From Sphingomonas sp. (lineage in GTDB: Bacteria; Pseudomonadota; Alphaproteobacteria; Sphingomonadales; Sphingomonadaceae): a stretch of DNA of 64,000 nucleotides. The notes below the pieces were generated by a model. It worked only from the letters and a program-made list of their open reading frames with translations. It had not been told where the DNA came from and did no database searches. This document shows, piece by piece, positions 19,642-29,502 of the stretch (position 1 is the first letter of the stretch; every line of letters starts with the position of its first letter). The translations under genes were made by a program, and so were the position numbers. The DNA is taken from contig CBDFLB010000002.1 in NCBI GenBank assembly GCA_965249015.1, forward strand, positions 45,802-109,801, written 5' to 3'.

Positions 19642-20820
19642 ATGTTCCTAAATTTTCTCGACGAACTGCGTGCGGCCGGCATCCCCGCGAGCATGAAAGA
19701 GCATCTGGTTCTGCTCGAAGCGCTTGAGGGCGACGTGATCGAGCGCACGCCCGAACAATTCTATTATCTGTCGCGTGCGGTCTACGTGAAGGACGAAGGG
19801 CTGATCGACCGATTCGACCAGGTGTTCGCCAAGGTCTTTCGCGGCATCGCGACGACCTTTGGTGCGCAGGATCCGGAAATCCCGGTCGAATGGCTGCGCG
19901 CAATGGCCGAGAAATTCCTGACCGCCGAAGAGATGGCCGCGATCGAGAAACTCGGTTCGTGGGACGAGATCATGGCGACGCTGAAACAGCGGCTCGAGGA
20001 GCAGAAGGAACGCCATCAGGGCGGCAACAAATGGATCGGAACCGGTGGCACGTCACCGTTCGGCAACGGCGGCTACAACCCCGAAGGGGTGCGCATCGGC
20101 GGTGATGGCAAGCACGGGCGCGCGCTGAAAGTGTGGGACAAGCGCGAGTTCAGGAACCTCGATTCGACCAAGGAGCTGGGAACGCGCAACATCAAGATCG
20201 CGCTCCGCCGGCTGCGCCGTTTTGCGCGTGAAGGCGCGCTCGACGAACTCGACATGGATGCCACGATTGCCGGGACCGCGCGGCAGGGCTGGCTCGACAT
20301 CCGGATGCGCGCCGAACGGCACAACGCCGTAAAGCTGCTGCTTTTCCTCGATGTCGGTGGGTCGATGGATCCCCATATCAAGCTGTGCGAGGAACTGTTC
20401 AGCGCGGCGACCAGCGAGTTCAAGAACCTCGAGTTCTTCTATTTCCACAATTGTCCGTATGAAGGGGTGTGGAAAGACAACAAGCGCCGCTTCACCGAGC
20501 GCACGCCGACGTGGGACGTGCTCCACAAATATGGTCATGACTACAAGCTGATCTTTGTCGGCGATGCATCGATGTCACCCTATGAGATCAGCCACCCGGG
20601 TGGATCGGTCGAGCACTATAACGAGGAATCCGGGACGACATGGATGCAGCGGCTGACCACGACCTATCCTGCAGCGGCCTGGCTCAACCCCGTGCCGGAG
20701 GCGCACTGGGGATATTCGCAATCGATCGCGCTGCTAAAGAGCCTGATGAATGATCGCATGTATCCGCTGACGCTCGGCGGTCTCGACGATGCGATGCGCG
20801 GATTGACGCGAAAGACCTAG
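19642..20820 (+). CDS. VWA domain protein (CoxE/YehP-like partner of MoxR ATPases)
   Basis: Starts at MFLNFLDELRAAGIPASMKEHL (ATG 19642). A C-terminal VWA-like block reads LLLFLDVGGSMDP...FVGDASM. Confidence 0.75.
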   Translation: MFLNFLDELRAAGIPASMKEHLVLLEALEGDVIERTPEQFYYLSRAVYVKDEGLIDRFDQVFAKVFRGIATTFGAQDPEIPVEWLRAMAEKFLTAEEMAAIEKLGSWDEIMATLKQRLEEQKERHQGGNKWIGTGGTSPFGNGGYNPEGVRIGGDGKHGRALKVWDKREFRNLDSTKELGTRNIKIALRRLRRFAREGALDELDMDATIAGTARQGWLDIRMRAERHNAVKLLLFLDVGGSMDPHIKLCEELFSAATSEFKNLEFFYFHNCPYEGVWKDNKRRFTERTPTWDVLHKYGHDYKLIFVGDASMSPYEISHPGGSVEHYNEESGTTWMQRLTTTYPAAAWLNPVPEAHWGYSQSIALLKSLMNDRMYPLTLGGLDDAMRGLTRKT

Positions 20821-20972
20821 GCGCTCGCCTGAAACTGCACCTGTTGCGCTTTTTCCCAGAACTTGTCCGCAAGGCCGCGACGACGCTCCCGGGCCTGATC
20901 GGTCACGGCACGCGCGGCAGCCGAAGTCTCTTCGGCAGCGCGCCGCGAATAGTAACGAAAATCGGATTCCAT
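20817..20972 (-). CDS. Small hypothetical protein (51 aa), not in the supplied ORF track
   Basis: MESDFRYYSRRAAEETSAAARAVTDQARERRRGLADKFWEKAQQVQFQASA. ATG at 20972-20970 with AAAGG upstream. The YYxRRAxEE start resembles small proteins I have seen in alphaproteobacteria. Its stop is interlocked with the VWA stop in CCTAGG. Confidence 0.4.
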   Translation of the reverse strand: MESDFRYYSRRAAEETSAAARAVTDQARERRRGLADKFWEKAQQVQFQASA

Positions 20973-21109
20973 GCCTTTGCGACCCCCGGAACGAATCGAC
21001 GCTCGAACCTTGTGATCAAATGGTTATTAAATGATTAATCGAAGCGCAAGCCGGGGCCAGCGCGTGTGCGATTGACCGACGCCGGGGCAAGCCATATCGC
21101 AAACGCGTC

Positions 21110-21186
21110 GCCCTGGTAGCTCAGCAGGACAGAGCAACGGTTTCCTAAACCGCAGGTCGGGAGTTCGAGTCTCTCCCAGGGCACCA
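21110..21186 (+). tRNA. tRNA-Arg (anticodon CCT)
   Basis: 77-nt cloverleaf: acceptor GCCCTGG/CCAGGGC, D-arm GCTC..GAGC, anticodon loop TTCCTAA, T-arm GGGAG-TTCGAGT-CTCTC, encoded CCA. Confidence 0.9.
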
Positions 21187-21205
21187 GCGGCTGACCGGGC
21201 TCCGA

Positions 21206-24067
21206 CTACATTTTGTACGACAGCCGAACATAACCGAACTGCCCGGGCACATCATAGGTGGTCGGGTCGTAGTTTGGACCGGTGCAGCTAAAGCAGGGCG
21301 GTGGGTCCTGATCGAAGACGTTGTTCACGCCGACCGTCAGTCCCAAGCGTCGCTCGAAGAACGAGTAGCCGATCTGAACGTCACCATAGAGGCGGTTGTT
21401 GAGCTTTCGCCCGTCGGCTTCGCGAACAGCGTCGATGTAGCGGCCCGTGAACGACGCCGTGATACCGCCCAATGCCCAGTCGAGCGTGCCGTTCCCCTTG
21501 AAGCGCGGATACGACTGGTCAGGGAAGCCACGCGTCTTGCCGAGATAGTTGGTGGTCGAAAAGCCGACCGCCGCCGGAAACGTCTCGCTGTATTTCATCA
21601 GGAAATTGCCGTTGAGCTGAAGACCGAAGCGGCCCGCACCCGTTTCTGGCGTGCGATAGTTGGCGGTCACGTCGATGCCACGCGTGCGGATGCTGCCGAT
21701 GTTCTGCAATTGCGCGCCGATCCGGGAGATCAGCCCGGCGGGGGTCCGTGTGATCGAACCGCAGCTGAGCGGATCGCCGCCGAACGCGCAACGGTTCAGC
21801 GTCAGCTGCGCATCGACCGGGGCGATCGCATTGTTGACGCTGATGTCATAGTAATTGACCTCGAGGCTCAGCTGGCTGGCGAAGCCGCCGCTGCGCGCCC
21901 ATTGCGGGGCATAGACGCCGCCGAAAAGCCATGTTCGCGACGTCTCTGGCTTCAGGTTCTGATTGCCGCCGGTCAGCACGCTCAGCTGTCCGCCGTTGGG
22001 CTCCTGGTAGCTGCCGTTCGCCGGCACGCCGTTGGCGATGCAGTTTGCCCGGACATTGCCGGTATTGAGCGCAAACGGCGATCCCGGGACGTTCGTGCAC
22101 GGATCGTCGATGGGTGCGTCCGCGCGCGATGCCGCGCCGAATAGTTCGCCGATCGCCGGCGCACGGAACCCACGCGCGTAGGATGCGCGGAACAGCAAGT
22201 CGCGAACGGGCTTCCACGAGCCGCTGCCGGTGTAGGTCGTGCTGTCGCCACTGCGCGAGAAATTGGACTGGCGGATCGACCCGTCAATTTCCAGCGAATG
22301 GAAAAACGGAACCTCCTTGAGCAGGGGAACGCGCAGTTCGCCATAAAACTCGTCCGAATTATACGATCCGCGCGCCGGTAGCGACGGGATGTCCGAACTC
22401 AGCCCGGCCGCAGTGATCGGATCGGGATCGTAGCTGCCTTTCTGATAGCGGTGTTCGTAACCGACCGCGAAGCCGACGGGCCCTGCCGGAAGTTCGAACA
22501 GGTCACCGCTCAGATTCGCGGTGTAGTCCTGAAGCTCCTGCGCGCTGCGATTGCGTTCAGTATAGGTGATGTAGGCGAGCTGGTCGGCGGTGATCGAGCC
22601 CGCACCGCCGAAGATGTTGACGGGCACACACGGCGCGGTGCACGCGGCGACGGGACCGAGCGCACGCTTCAGGTTGGCGGCGTTGACGTTACCGGTGAAC
22701 GATTGCTTGGCGTCGTTGAACCCGAACACGGCGCTCACGTCCCAATACCATTTGCGCGTTCCGACGTCGAACGAACCGTCGAGCCCGCCGGTGATCGACA
22801 TCGTGTTGACGAACTGCGTGTAGGTCCGCTGCCCCGCCTCGACCAGGCGGCGACGGACGGTCGAATAATTGGCAGGCGGGTCGCCCGGGTTTCCAGCGGA
22901 AAGCGTTCCGAACGGATTGAATGGGTTCGATGCATCGATCGTGATCGTGTCGAGCAGGTTTCCGTTGCCCGCGTCGGGCCCGATGAACAGCGGCAGGAAC
23001 GCGGCCTGATTTTGCGACGTGCGATGCGAATACACCGCCTTGACGCGCAAATTTATGTCCGACGTCAGCTCCTGTTTGATGTTGACGAAGCCGCCATAGC
23101 GTTCGGAAGGCGTCAGGAAGTAGTTGAAAGGCGAGAAGTTGAACCGCGCCGCCGAGGTGAACGGGATGTAGTCGCCCGTGACCAGCTTCGGATCATAAAC
23201 CGGTTTGCGACCGATCACCGGCGCGCGCAGCGTCAAGCTTTGTCCGTTGACGTCGTACCGGCCGAGGAGAGGCGCGCTGCTGCAACCGCCGATCGGATCC
23301 GAACAGCTCGTCTGGCCGGGATTGGGAAACTGCGAAATCGCCCGGTCGCGTGTCCTCACCGCGTCCTGCTTTACGTAGCTCGCGCCAAAGACGATGCTCG
23401 TGCCCTCGTCGTTGATACCATAGCTCGCGTTATAGTCCTGCGTGTGGCCGTCGCCCTGGCGGAACGTCCCGAATTGCGCTGATGCTTGAAGCCCGGTCTG
23501 CGTCGATTTGGTAATTACGTTGACCACACCCGCGAGCGCGTCCGACCCGTAGAGCGGCGACTGACCCGACTGCAGGACTTCGATCCGCTCGATCATGTTC
23601 GCAGGGATCGTGTTCAGATCGACCGTCGAGGGTATGCCGCTCGCGCTCGCGCCGTTGACGAAGCGCAAGCCGTCGACGAGCACCAGCGTTCGCTTTGCCC
23701 CGAGATAACGGAGATCGATCTCGGCCGATCCCGCGCCAACGCCACCACCGTCCGGCGGGTTGCCGATATTGCCGCTGTTGTTGACCTTGGTGTTGAGACC
23801 GCCGGCCGCGCTCGGCAGGCGCTGCAGCACGTCGGCGATCGCCGAAAGCCCGGTCTGCGCGATCGACCCCTGGTCGAGGACAACGACAGGCGAATCCTGG
23901 CTGAGCGGATCGCGGCGGATGCGCGAACCCGTGACGATGATCTCCTCACCGGTACCCGCGCTTGCGGCAGGTGCTGCCGCGACCACCTGCGCCGCCGCCG
24001 GTGCGGCAATGCCGAATATCGCCACGGTCAACGTCGCGCAGGTCGAGAAAAGTGCGGTTTTGGTCAT
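21206..24067 (-). CDS. TonB-dependent outer-membrane receptor
   Basis: Signal peptide MTKTALFSTCATLTVAIFGIAAPAAAQ, with ATG 24067 preferred over the listed 24226. Plug-domain motifs EEIIVTGSRI and IERIEVLQSGQSPLYGSDALAGVVNVITK. C-terminal aromatic residue context (RLSYKM). Confidence 0.9.
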   Translation of the reverse strand: MTKTALFSTCATLTVAIFGIAAPAAAQVVAAAPAASAGTGEEIIVTGSRIRRDPLSQDSPVVVLDQGSIAQTGLSAIADVLQRLPSAAGGLNTKVNNSGNIGNPPDGGGVGAGSAEIDLRYLGAKRTLVLVDGLRFVNGASASGIPSTVDLNTIPANMIERIEVLQSGQSPLYGSDALAGVVNVITKSTQTGLQASAQFGTFRQGDGHTQDYNASYGINDEGTSIVFGASYVKQDAVRTRDRAISQFPNPGQTSCSDPIGGCSSAPLLGRYDVNGQSLTLRAPVIGRKPVYDPKLVTGDYIPFTSAARFNFSPFNYFLTPSERYGGFVNIKQELTSDINLRVKAVYSHRTSQNQAAFLPLFIGPDAGNGNLLDTITIDASNPFNPFGTLSAGNPGDPPANYSTVRRRLVEAGQRTYTQFVNTMSITGGLDGSFDVGTRKWYWDVSAVFGFNDAKQSFTGNVNAANLKRALGPVAACTAPCVPVNIFGGAGSITADQLAYITYTERNRSAQELQDYTANLSGDLFELPAGPVGFAVGYEHRYQKGSYDPDPITAAGLSSDIPSLPARGSYNSDEFYGELRVPLLKEVPFFHSLEIDGSIRQSNFSRSGDSTTYTGSGSWKPVRDLLFRASYARGFRAPAIGELFGAASRADAPIDDPCTNVPGSPFALNTGNVRANCIANGVPANGSYQEPNGGQLSVLTGGNQNLKPETSRTWLFGGVYAPQWARSGGFASQLSLEVNYYDISVNNAIAPVDAQLTLNRCAFGGDPLSCGSITRTPAGLISRIGAQLQNIGSIRTRGIDVTANYRTPETGAGRFGLQLNGNFLMKYSETFPAAVGFSTTNYLGKTRGFPDQSYPRFKGNGTLDWALGGITASFTGRYIDAVREADGRKLNNRLYGDVQIGYSFFERRLGLTVGVNNVFDQDPPPCFSCTGPNYDPTTYDVPGQFGYVRLSYKM

Positions 24068-24267
24068 AACATGTCCCCGGGTGTCGGTCAGCCATGGTTC
24101 GCCCAATCGGCGGAATTGCCAAGCCGAAAACGCCCTCGAGGCACAATTGGCGCGAAACTGTTGTTGCGGCGCAACACTGTGCTGACGCTCGGCCGCTTGA
24201 CAGCCCCAAGATCGACGCGCGAACACCAGCGCGGCAATTACGCCGTTTTGGCCAGGGAGAGTACACG

Positions 24268-25992
24268 ATGCGGCGTACCATCATCGCACTTGCAGCGATC
24301 GCCACGGCAGCGGTGGCGCCGCCGACGATGGCGAAGGTCCGGCCCGCCGACCGGAAAGCCATGCCGATCGCTGCCGACGCGGCCAAGGGGCATGGCGCCC
24401 TGATCGCGTTGTTCGACGACTGGCGCGCTTTTGTTCGACCCGACATCAAGGGCGGACTGCCCGATTATTCCGCCACCGCGATGGCGCGCAAGGCGGAAGG
24501 GCTGCCGCGGCTGCAGGCGCGGTTGAAAGCGATCGACATGCGGGGTTCGCTGCCCGCGGCACAAAATGACCGGCGGCTGATCGAGGCGGAGATGAACGGC
24601 TTCGACTTCTTCCTCCGTGTCCTGAAGCCCTGGGCACGCGATCCTGGATTTTACCAGACCGTATTCGGCGAGGAAAGCGATGTGCCGGCGCACGAGGGGC
24701 CGTCGGCGAACCCGACGATCGACCTGTTCAAGTACAGTTATCCGCTGACGGCGGGCGATGACCGACAACTGACGACAATGCTGGGCGCGTTGCCGGCGAT
24801 GCTGCGGGCCGCGCGGACCAATCTTGCCCAAAGCAATGCCGCCGACCTGTGGCGCTATGGCGACAGGACGTTCCGCGAACAGAGCAAGGTGCTGGCCGCG
24901 CTCGAGCGTGGCGATCTCCGGATGCGCACGCTCGAAGGAGAGCGGACGGCGACCTTGTCGGGCGCAAGCACCGAGCTTCGCGCCGCGGTCGCTGCAGCGA
25001 AGCGGGCGACCGATGACTTTGCCGAGTGGATCAAGGCCGAGGCAGCGAAAAAGACAGGTCCGTCGGGCGTGGGAAAGGCCAATTACGACTGGTATCTGGC
25101 GAACGTGACGTTGACACCATATACATGGGATCAGCAAGTGACGTTGCTTCAACGCGAACTCGACCGCTCGCTGGCCTCGCTCAGGCTCGAAGAATTGCGT
25201 AACCGCAACCTCGCTCAGATCGCGACGATCGACGATCCGGCGGCATATCGGCGAATGGCCGAAGCCAAGACGGCCAAGTTCAACGCGTTTCTGATCGACA
25301 CGGGGCTTGTCGCGGACAAACCCTATTTCCGCGCCGCGCTCGTTGCGCAGACGAGCACCTATACGCCGTCCGATCAGCGGAATTTCTTTTCGCACGTCAC
25401 GGCGCTCGATCCGTTGCCGCTGCTGTCGCACTCGACGCACTGGATCGAACTTGCGCGGCTGAAGCACGAACCGCGGCAAAGCCCGATCCGTCGTACCGCA
25501 CCGCTGTTCAATATCTTTGCCGACCGGTCCGAAGGCTTTGCCACCGCGATGGAAGAGGTCGTCATGCAGGCGGGTCTGTACGACGATATCCCGCATGGTC
25601 GCGAACTGGTGTGGATCATGCTCGCCAATCGCGCAGCGCGCGGGCTTGCCTCGCTTCGGGTGCAGGCAAACGAGATCGACCTCGCGGCCGCCGGCAAGTT
25701 GCATGCCTGGTGGACGCCGCGCCACTGGTCCGATCCGGACAGCCCGCTCGTCGGTTTCGAGCAACTGCTCTATCTGCGGCAGCCCGGCTATGGGCCAAGC
25801 TACATCGTCGGCAAGGCAGAGCTCGATAGGCTGTTCGCGCGCGCGTCGCACGAGGCCGACTGTCGCAGGGTGCCGTTCGAAACGGGGAAGGTCTTCGAAC
25901 GGATCATCGACGCCGGGATCATCCCGCCCGCGTTGATCGAGCGCGAGATGTTCGCCGGGTCGGCCGCGGGGCGCGGCGAGTGCACCCCGTAA
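24268..25992 (+). CDS. Secreted DUF885-like protein
   Basis: ATG 24268 is preceded by GGGAGA and followed by the signal peptide MRRTIIALAAIATAAVAPPTMA. C-terminal blocks SEGFATAMEE, RQPGYGPSYIVGKAEL and FERIIDAGIIPPALIE resemble DUF885 conserved blocks. The usual HExxPGHH block is not evident. Confidence 0.5.
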   Translation: MRRTIIALAAIATAAVAPPTMAKVRPADRKAMPIAADAAKGHGALIALFDDWRAFVRPDIKGGLPDYSATAMARKAEGLPRLQARLKAIDMRGSLPAAQNDRRLIEAEMNGFDFFLRVLKPWARDPGFYQTVFGEESDVPAHEGPSANPTIDLFKYSYPLTAGDDRQLTTMLGALPAMLRAARTNLAQSNAADLWRYGDRTFREQSKVLAALERGDLRMRTLEGERTATLSGASTELRAAVAAAKRATDDFAEWIKAEAAKKTGPSGVGKANYDWYLANVTLTPYTWDQQVTLLQRELDRSLASLRLEELRNRNLAQIATIDDPAAYRRMAEAKTAKFNAFLIDTGLVADKPYFRAALVAQTSTYTPSDQRNFFSHVTALDPLPLLSHSTHWIELARLKHEPRQSPIRRTAPLFNIFADRSEGFATAMEEVVMQAGLYDDIPHGRELVWIMLANRAARGLASLRVQANEIDLAAAGKLHAWWTPRHWSDPDSPLVGFEQLLYLRQPGYGPSYIVGKAELDRLFARASHEADCRRVPFETGKVFERIIDAGIIPPALIEREMFAGSAAGRGECTP

Positions 25993-25999
25993 TGACGCT

Positions 26000-28636
26000 C
26001 TAGAACTGCACGCGCGCCTTCACGCCATAGAAGCGCGGCGCCGACGGGTAGACGCCAAAGCTCGTCCCCTGTTCGGGGATCGGGCTCGAGGTGACGTTGT
26101 AATAGCGGTCGAACAGGTTCTCGACATAGGCTTCGACCGAATAGCGTCCGCCCTCGCCGAAGTTCAGCCCGACACGCGCATTGACGATCGTGAAGGCGTC
26201 GTTGGTCGTAAAGGGCACGCCGACGGGGTCGTTGAGCGTGTTCGAATCGCTCTGCGTGCGCGAATCGACGTGGAAGAGCGCGCCGACGCCGTCGCTGAGC
26301 CGCGGCGTCCATGTCAGCGCGGCGGTGATGACGTTGCGCGGTGAATTGGTGAGCTGCATGTTGTTGTCATTTTCCGACAGCGGATCGCGGACCTTGGCAT
26401 CGAGGAGCGTGTAGCCAAGGTTGATGTTCACTTCGCGGATCGGACGGATCAGCGCCTCGACCTCGATACCCTTCGAGACGACCTTCGCATAGTTCTGGAC
26501 GACGAAGCGCGTGCCGACGAACTGCAGGTTCTGATAGCCGTAGAACGACGAATGGAAGCCTGCGATGTTGAACTGGAACGCGCGGCTGAAGTTGGTTTTG
26601 GCACCGATTTCGTACACGTCGGCGGTTTCGTTCTGGAATTCGAGATCGGTCAGCTGCGCGCCATTGCCACCGAGCAGCGCGCTGTCGAACGAGGCGCGGT
26701 CAAGATTATAGCCGCCCGATTTATAACCGCGGTCATAACCCCCATAAATCAGGATGTCGTCGCTGACCTTGATCGCGAGCTTTGCCGTGCCGGTAAATTC
26801 ATTTTCGCTGCGCGAACTGTTGCGCGTTCCGTTGAATTCCGAATTGATCGTCGGGTTGCAGGAATAAAGATGGGCAAGCGCGAACAACCCTAGCGGGTTC
26901 GAAGCGCTCTGGTTCGTCGATATCAGCGCCTGGCGATACAAAGCGCTGTTGGGATCGAGGAAGAAGCTGCATGCGGGGACTTGCGAGTTCAGGTTCGTAT
27001 CGATCTTCTTGGTCTCATGGTTCCAGCGCAGGCCGAGCGTCAGCGACACTGCGTCGCTGATCTTGATGATGTTGTGGGTGAATGCCGAAAAAGCTTCGGT
27101 CTTGACGCGATAGGCGTCGTCGATCTGTCCCGCGCCGTTGGGCGTGCGCGGAATCGGGTTCGCAAACGTGGCGATCACGGCGGGGCCCGAAGCGAGCGCC
27201 GCATTCCGGATCGCCGCATAAGGGTTGAGCGCGCTCGGGTTGAGTACGACCTGGCCGAAGGTCGGTGCGCCGGGGATCGTTCCGAACAGCGTGAACCCGG
27301 CGGGCAGGCCCGCCGCAGCGTTGGTCGTCAGCGCGGAAAACAGGCCGTCGACGAATTGATCGGCCTGGGTTCCAAAGCGGACCGTGTCGTGAAGCGTGTT
27401 GGTTTCGTTTAGATAGAATCCACCAACGAGCCAGTCGAGACGATCGTCGAATGCCGTGCCCTTGATCCGCACTTCCTGCGTAAAATCGGTAAGGCTGGTA
27501 CGGTAGCCGTCGCGATACGCACGATCGAGGCCCGAAAAGTCGATGTCCTGCGAACGCAGCGCCTTCCAGTGGCGATAGGCGGTGATCGATGTCAGCGTAA
27601 CGTCGCCCAGCGTATAGTCGATCTGGCCCGAAATCCCCCATTCCTCGACCTTCTCGGTCAGGTCGCGGTTGGGCGAGATCGCGATCCGACGGGCGTTGGG
27701 GTCGTACGGGAGGACAATGCCGTCGCGGCCGACGGCGCCGCCGAATGCGGGAATGGCGGAGAAGTTCTCGATGATCGTGCTGGTCGCACGGCCGAGAACG
27801 GCGTTCGTGTTCGTCGGCGCGATCTGAAGTCCCGAGCCTGTATTGACGAGATAGCAGCACAGTTCATCGGTCTTGGCATAGTCGCCGATGATCCGGACTT
27901 TCAGGTCTTCGTTTTCGAATCTTGCCTGACCGCGCACGAACCAGCGATCGAGGTTGTTGATGGCGCGTGGCGAATTGACGTCGCGCAAATATCCGTCGCG
28001 CTTGTGATAGCCGCCATCGACGCGCAGCGCGACGGTCTCGGAAACCGGGCCCGTGATCCCCGCGCGCGCTTCGATTTCGTTATAATTGCCATAGCTAAGC
28101 TCGGCATAGCCGCCGAGGTCAAACGCCGCTCCCTGCGTGATGATGTTGAGCGCGCCGGCGCTGGTGTTGCGGCCGAACAATGTCCCCTGCGGACCGCGCA
28201 GAACCTCGACCCGCTCGAGCGGCGGCAGGTCGGCGAGCGCGACGCCAGCGCGCGCGCGAAGAACGCCGTCGATGAACACGCCGACCGCAGGCTCGAAGCC
28301 GGGATTGTCGCCTGCGGTTCCGATGCCGCGGATACGGAGGACGACGCCGGTTGCCGAGGACTGCCCGGTGGTCGCCTGGAACGACGACGCGATCTGGCGC
28401 AGGCCGCGAATGTCCGACGCGCCCGAATTGGTGAGCTGTTCGCCACCGATTACGGAGAGCGCGATCGGGACGTCCTGAGCGATCTGCGTGCGCCCGGCCG
28501 CGGTGACGATGATCTCATCCGAGTCACCCGTATCGGCTTCGACGGCTTTTGGCGGTGCGATCTGCGCATAGGCAGGGTGGGCGGCCACGACAGCCAGAAG
28601 CGACGAGCCGATGAGATGACATTGACGCATGGACAA
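26000..28636 (-). CDS. TonB-dependent outer-membrane receptor
   Basis: 878 aa. Signal peptide ...AAHPAYAQ. Plug motifs DEIIVTAAGR and LERVEVLRGPQGTLFGRNTSAGALNIIT. C-terminal ...YGVKARVQF. Confidence 0.9.
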   Translation of the reverse strand: MSMRQCHLIGSSLLAVVAAHPAYAQIAPPKAVEADTGDSDEIIVTAAGRTQIAQDVPIALSVIGGEQLTNSGASDIRGLRQIASSFQATTGQSSATGVVLRIRGIGTAGDNPGFEPAVGVFIDGVLRARAGVALADLPPLERVEVLRGPQGTLFGRNTSAGALNIITQGAAFDLGGYAELSYGNYNEIEARAGITGPVSETVALRVDGGYHKRDGYLRDVNSPRAINNLDRWFVRGQARFENEDLKVRIIGDYAKTDELCCYLVNTGSGLQIAPTNTNAVLGRATSTIIENFSAIPAFGGAVGRDGIVLPYDPNARRIAISPNRDLTEKVEEWGISGQIDYTLGDVTLTSITAYRHWKALRSQDIDFSGLDRAYRDGYRTSLTDFTQEVRIKGTAFDDRLDWLVGGFYLNETNTLHDTVRFGTQADQFVDGLFSALTTNAAAGLPAGFTLFGTIPGAPTFGQVVLNPSALNPYAAIRNAALASGPAVIATFANPIPRTPNGAGQIDDAYRVKTEAFSAFTHNIIKISDAVSLTLGLRWNHETKKIDTNLNSQVPACSFFLDPNSALYRQALISTNQSASNPLGLFALAHLYSCNPTINSEFNGTRNSSRSENEFTGTAKLAIKVSDDILIYGGYDRGYKSGGYNLDRASFDSALLGGNGAQLTDLEFQNETADVYEIGAKTNFSRAFQFNIAGFHSSFYGYQNLQFVGTRFVVQNYAKVVSKGIEVEALIRPIREVNINLGYTLLDAKVRDPLSENDNNMQLTNSPRNVITAALTWTPRLSDGVGALFHVDSRTQSDSNTLNDPVGVPFTTNDAFTIVNARVGLNFGEGGRYSVEAYVENLFDRYYNVTSSPIPEQGTSFGVYPSAPRFYGVKARVQF

Positions 28637-28795
28637 GCTCCCCTTTTAACAACGCCGACATTGCGGCGGGCGACGCTTTGGCCACCTCATGCGCTTCTGT
28701 CTGCGTCCGCCTGTCGAAGTCGTCAATCATGAAATATTGCACATGCGGTGCGCGCGCATTAGCGTTGGCGTCGCCCGCGACTTCGGTTTAGGCAG

Positions 28796-29410
28796 ATGGA
28801 CATGGCCGATCATCACAGTACCGACTCATTTACCAAGCCCGAAAAACTCGCGGTTCCCGCCGAAGTGCAGGATGCGGTCCGGACGCTCATCGCCTGGGCG
28901 GGCGACGATCCGAAGCGCGAGGGCCTGGTCGACACGCCCGCGCGCGTCGGCCGCGCCTGGAAGGAATATTGCGAGGGGTATGGCGACGATCCGGCCTATC
29001 ATCTGTCGCGCACGTTTCAGGAAGTCGGCGGCTACGACGAACTCGTCTTGTTGAAGGACATTCCGTTTCAGTCGCATTGCGAACATCACATGGCACCGAT
29101 CGTCGGCAAGGCGTCGATCGCGTACATGCCCAAGGATCGCGTCGTCGGCATTTCGAAACTGGCGCGCGTCCTCAACGGCTTTTCGCGGCGCTTGCAGGTG
29201 CAGGAGCGGCTCACCGCCGAAGTCGCGCAGTGCATCTGGGAGAACCTGCACCCGCAGGGCGTCGCGGTCGTGATCGTGGCGCAGCATGGTTGCATGACCG
29301 GTCGCGGCGTGCGCACACCCGGCGTGGCAATGACGACGTCGCGGCTGCTCGGGTGTTTTCTCGAGGATCACCGCAGCCGGGCGGAAGTGTTGAAGCTGAT
29401 GGGGTATTGA
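28796..29410 (+). CDS. folE: GTP cyclohydrolase I (FolE type 1)
   Basis: 204 aa with FQSHCEHHMAPIVGKASIAYMP and GISKLARVL...RLQVQERLT motifs. Confidence 0.9.
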   Translation: MDMADHHSTDSFTKPEKLAVPAEVQDAVRTLIAWAGDDPKREGLVDTPARVGRAWKEYCEGYGDDPAYHLSRTFQEVGGYDELVLLKDIPFQSHCEHHMAPIVGKASIAYMPKDRVVGISKLARVLNGFSRRLQVQERLTAEVAQCIWENLHPQGVAVVIVAQHGCMTGRGVRTPGVAMTTSRLLGCFLEDHRSRAEVLKLMGY

Positions 29411-29502
29411 GCGACGCTTGGCGAGACGTGCGCTAAACCTAAGCGATTCGTCGATACCGGTAACTTTCTTCGTGTGCCAATCGGGCCTTCGCGGAGACCC
29501 CA

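Noticed and set aside
28637-28795. A cobalamin or other riboswitch in front of the second TonB-dependent receptor (likewise 24068-24267 for the first one).
   Set aside because: No B12-box-like GCCACTG core or other recognisable riboswitch signature. A short inverted repeat TGTTGCGGCGCAACA at 24163-24177 is noted, but it is too small to interpret.
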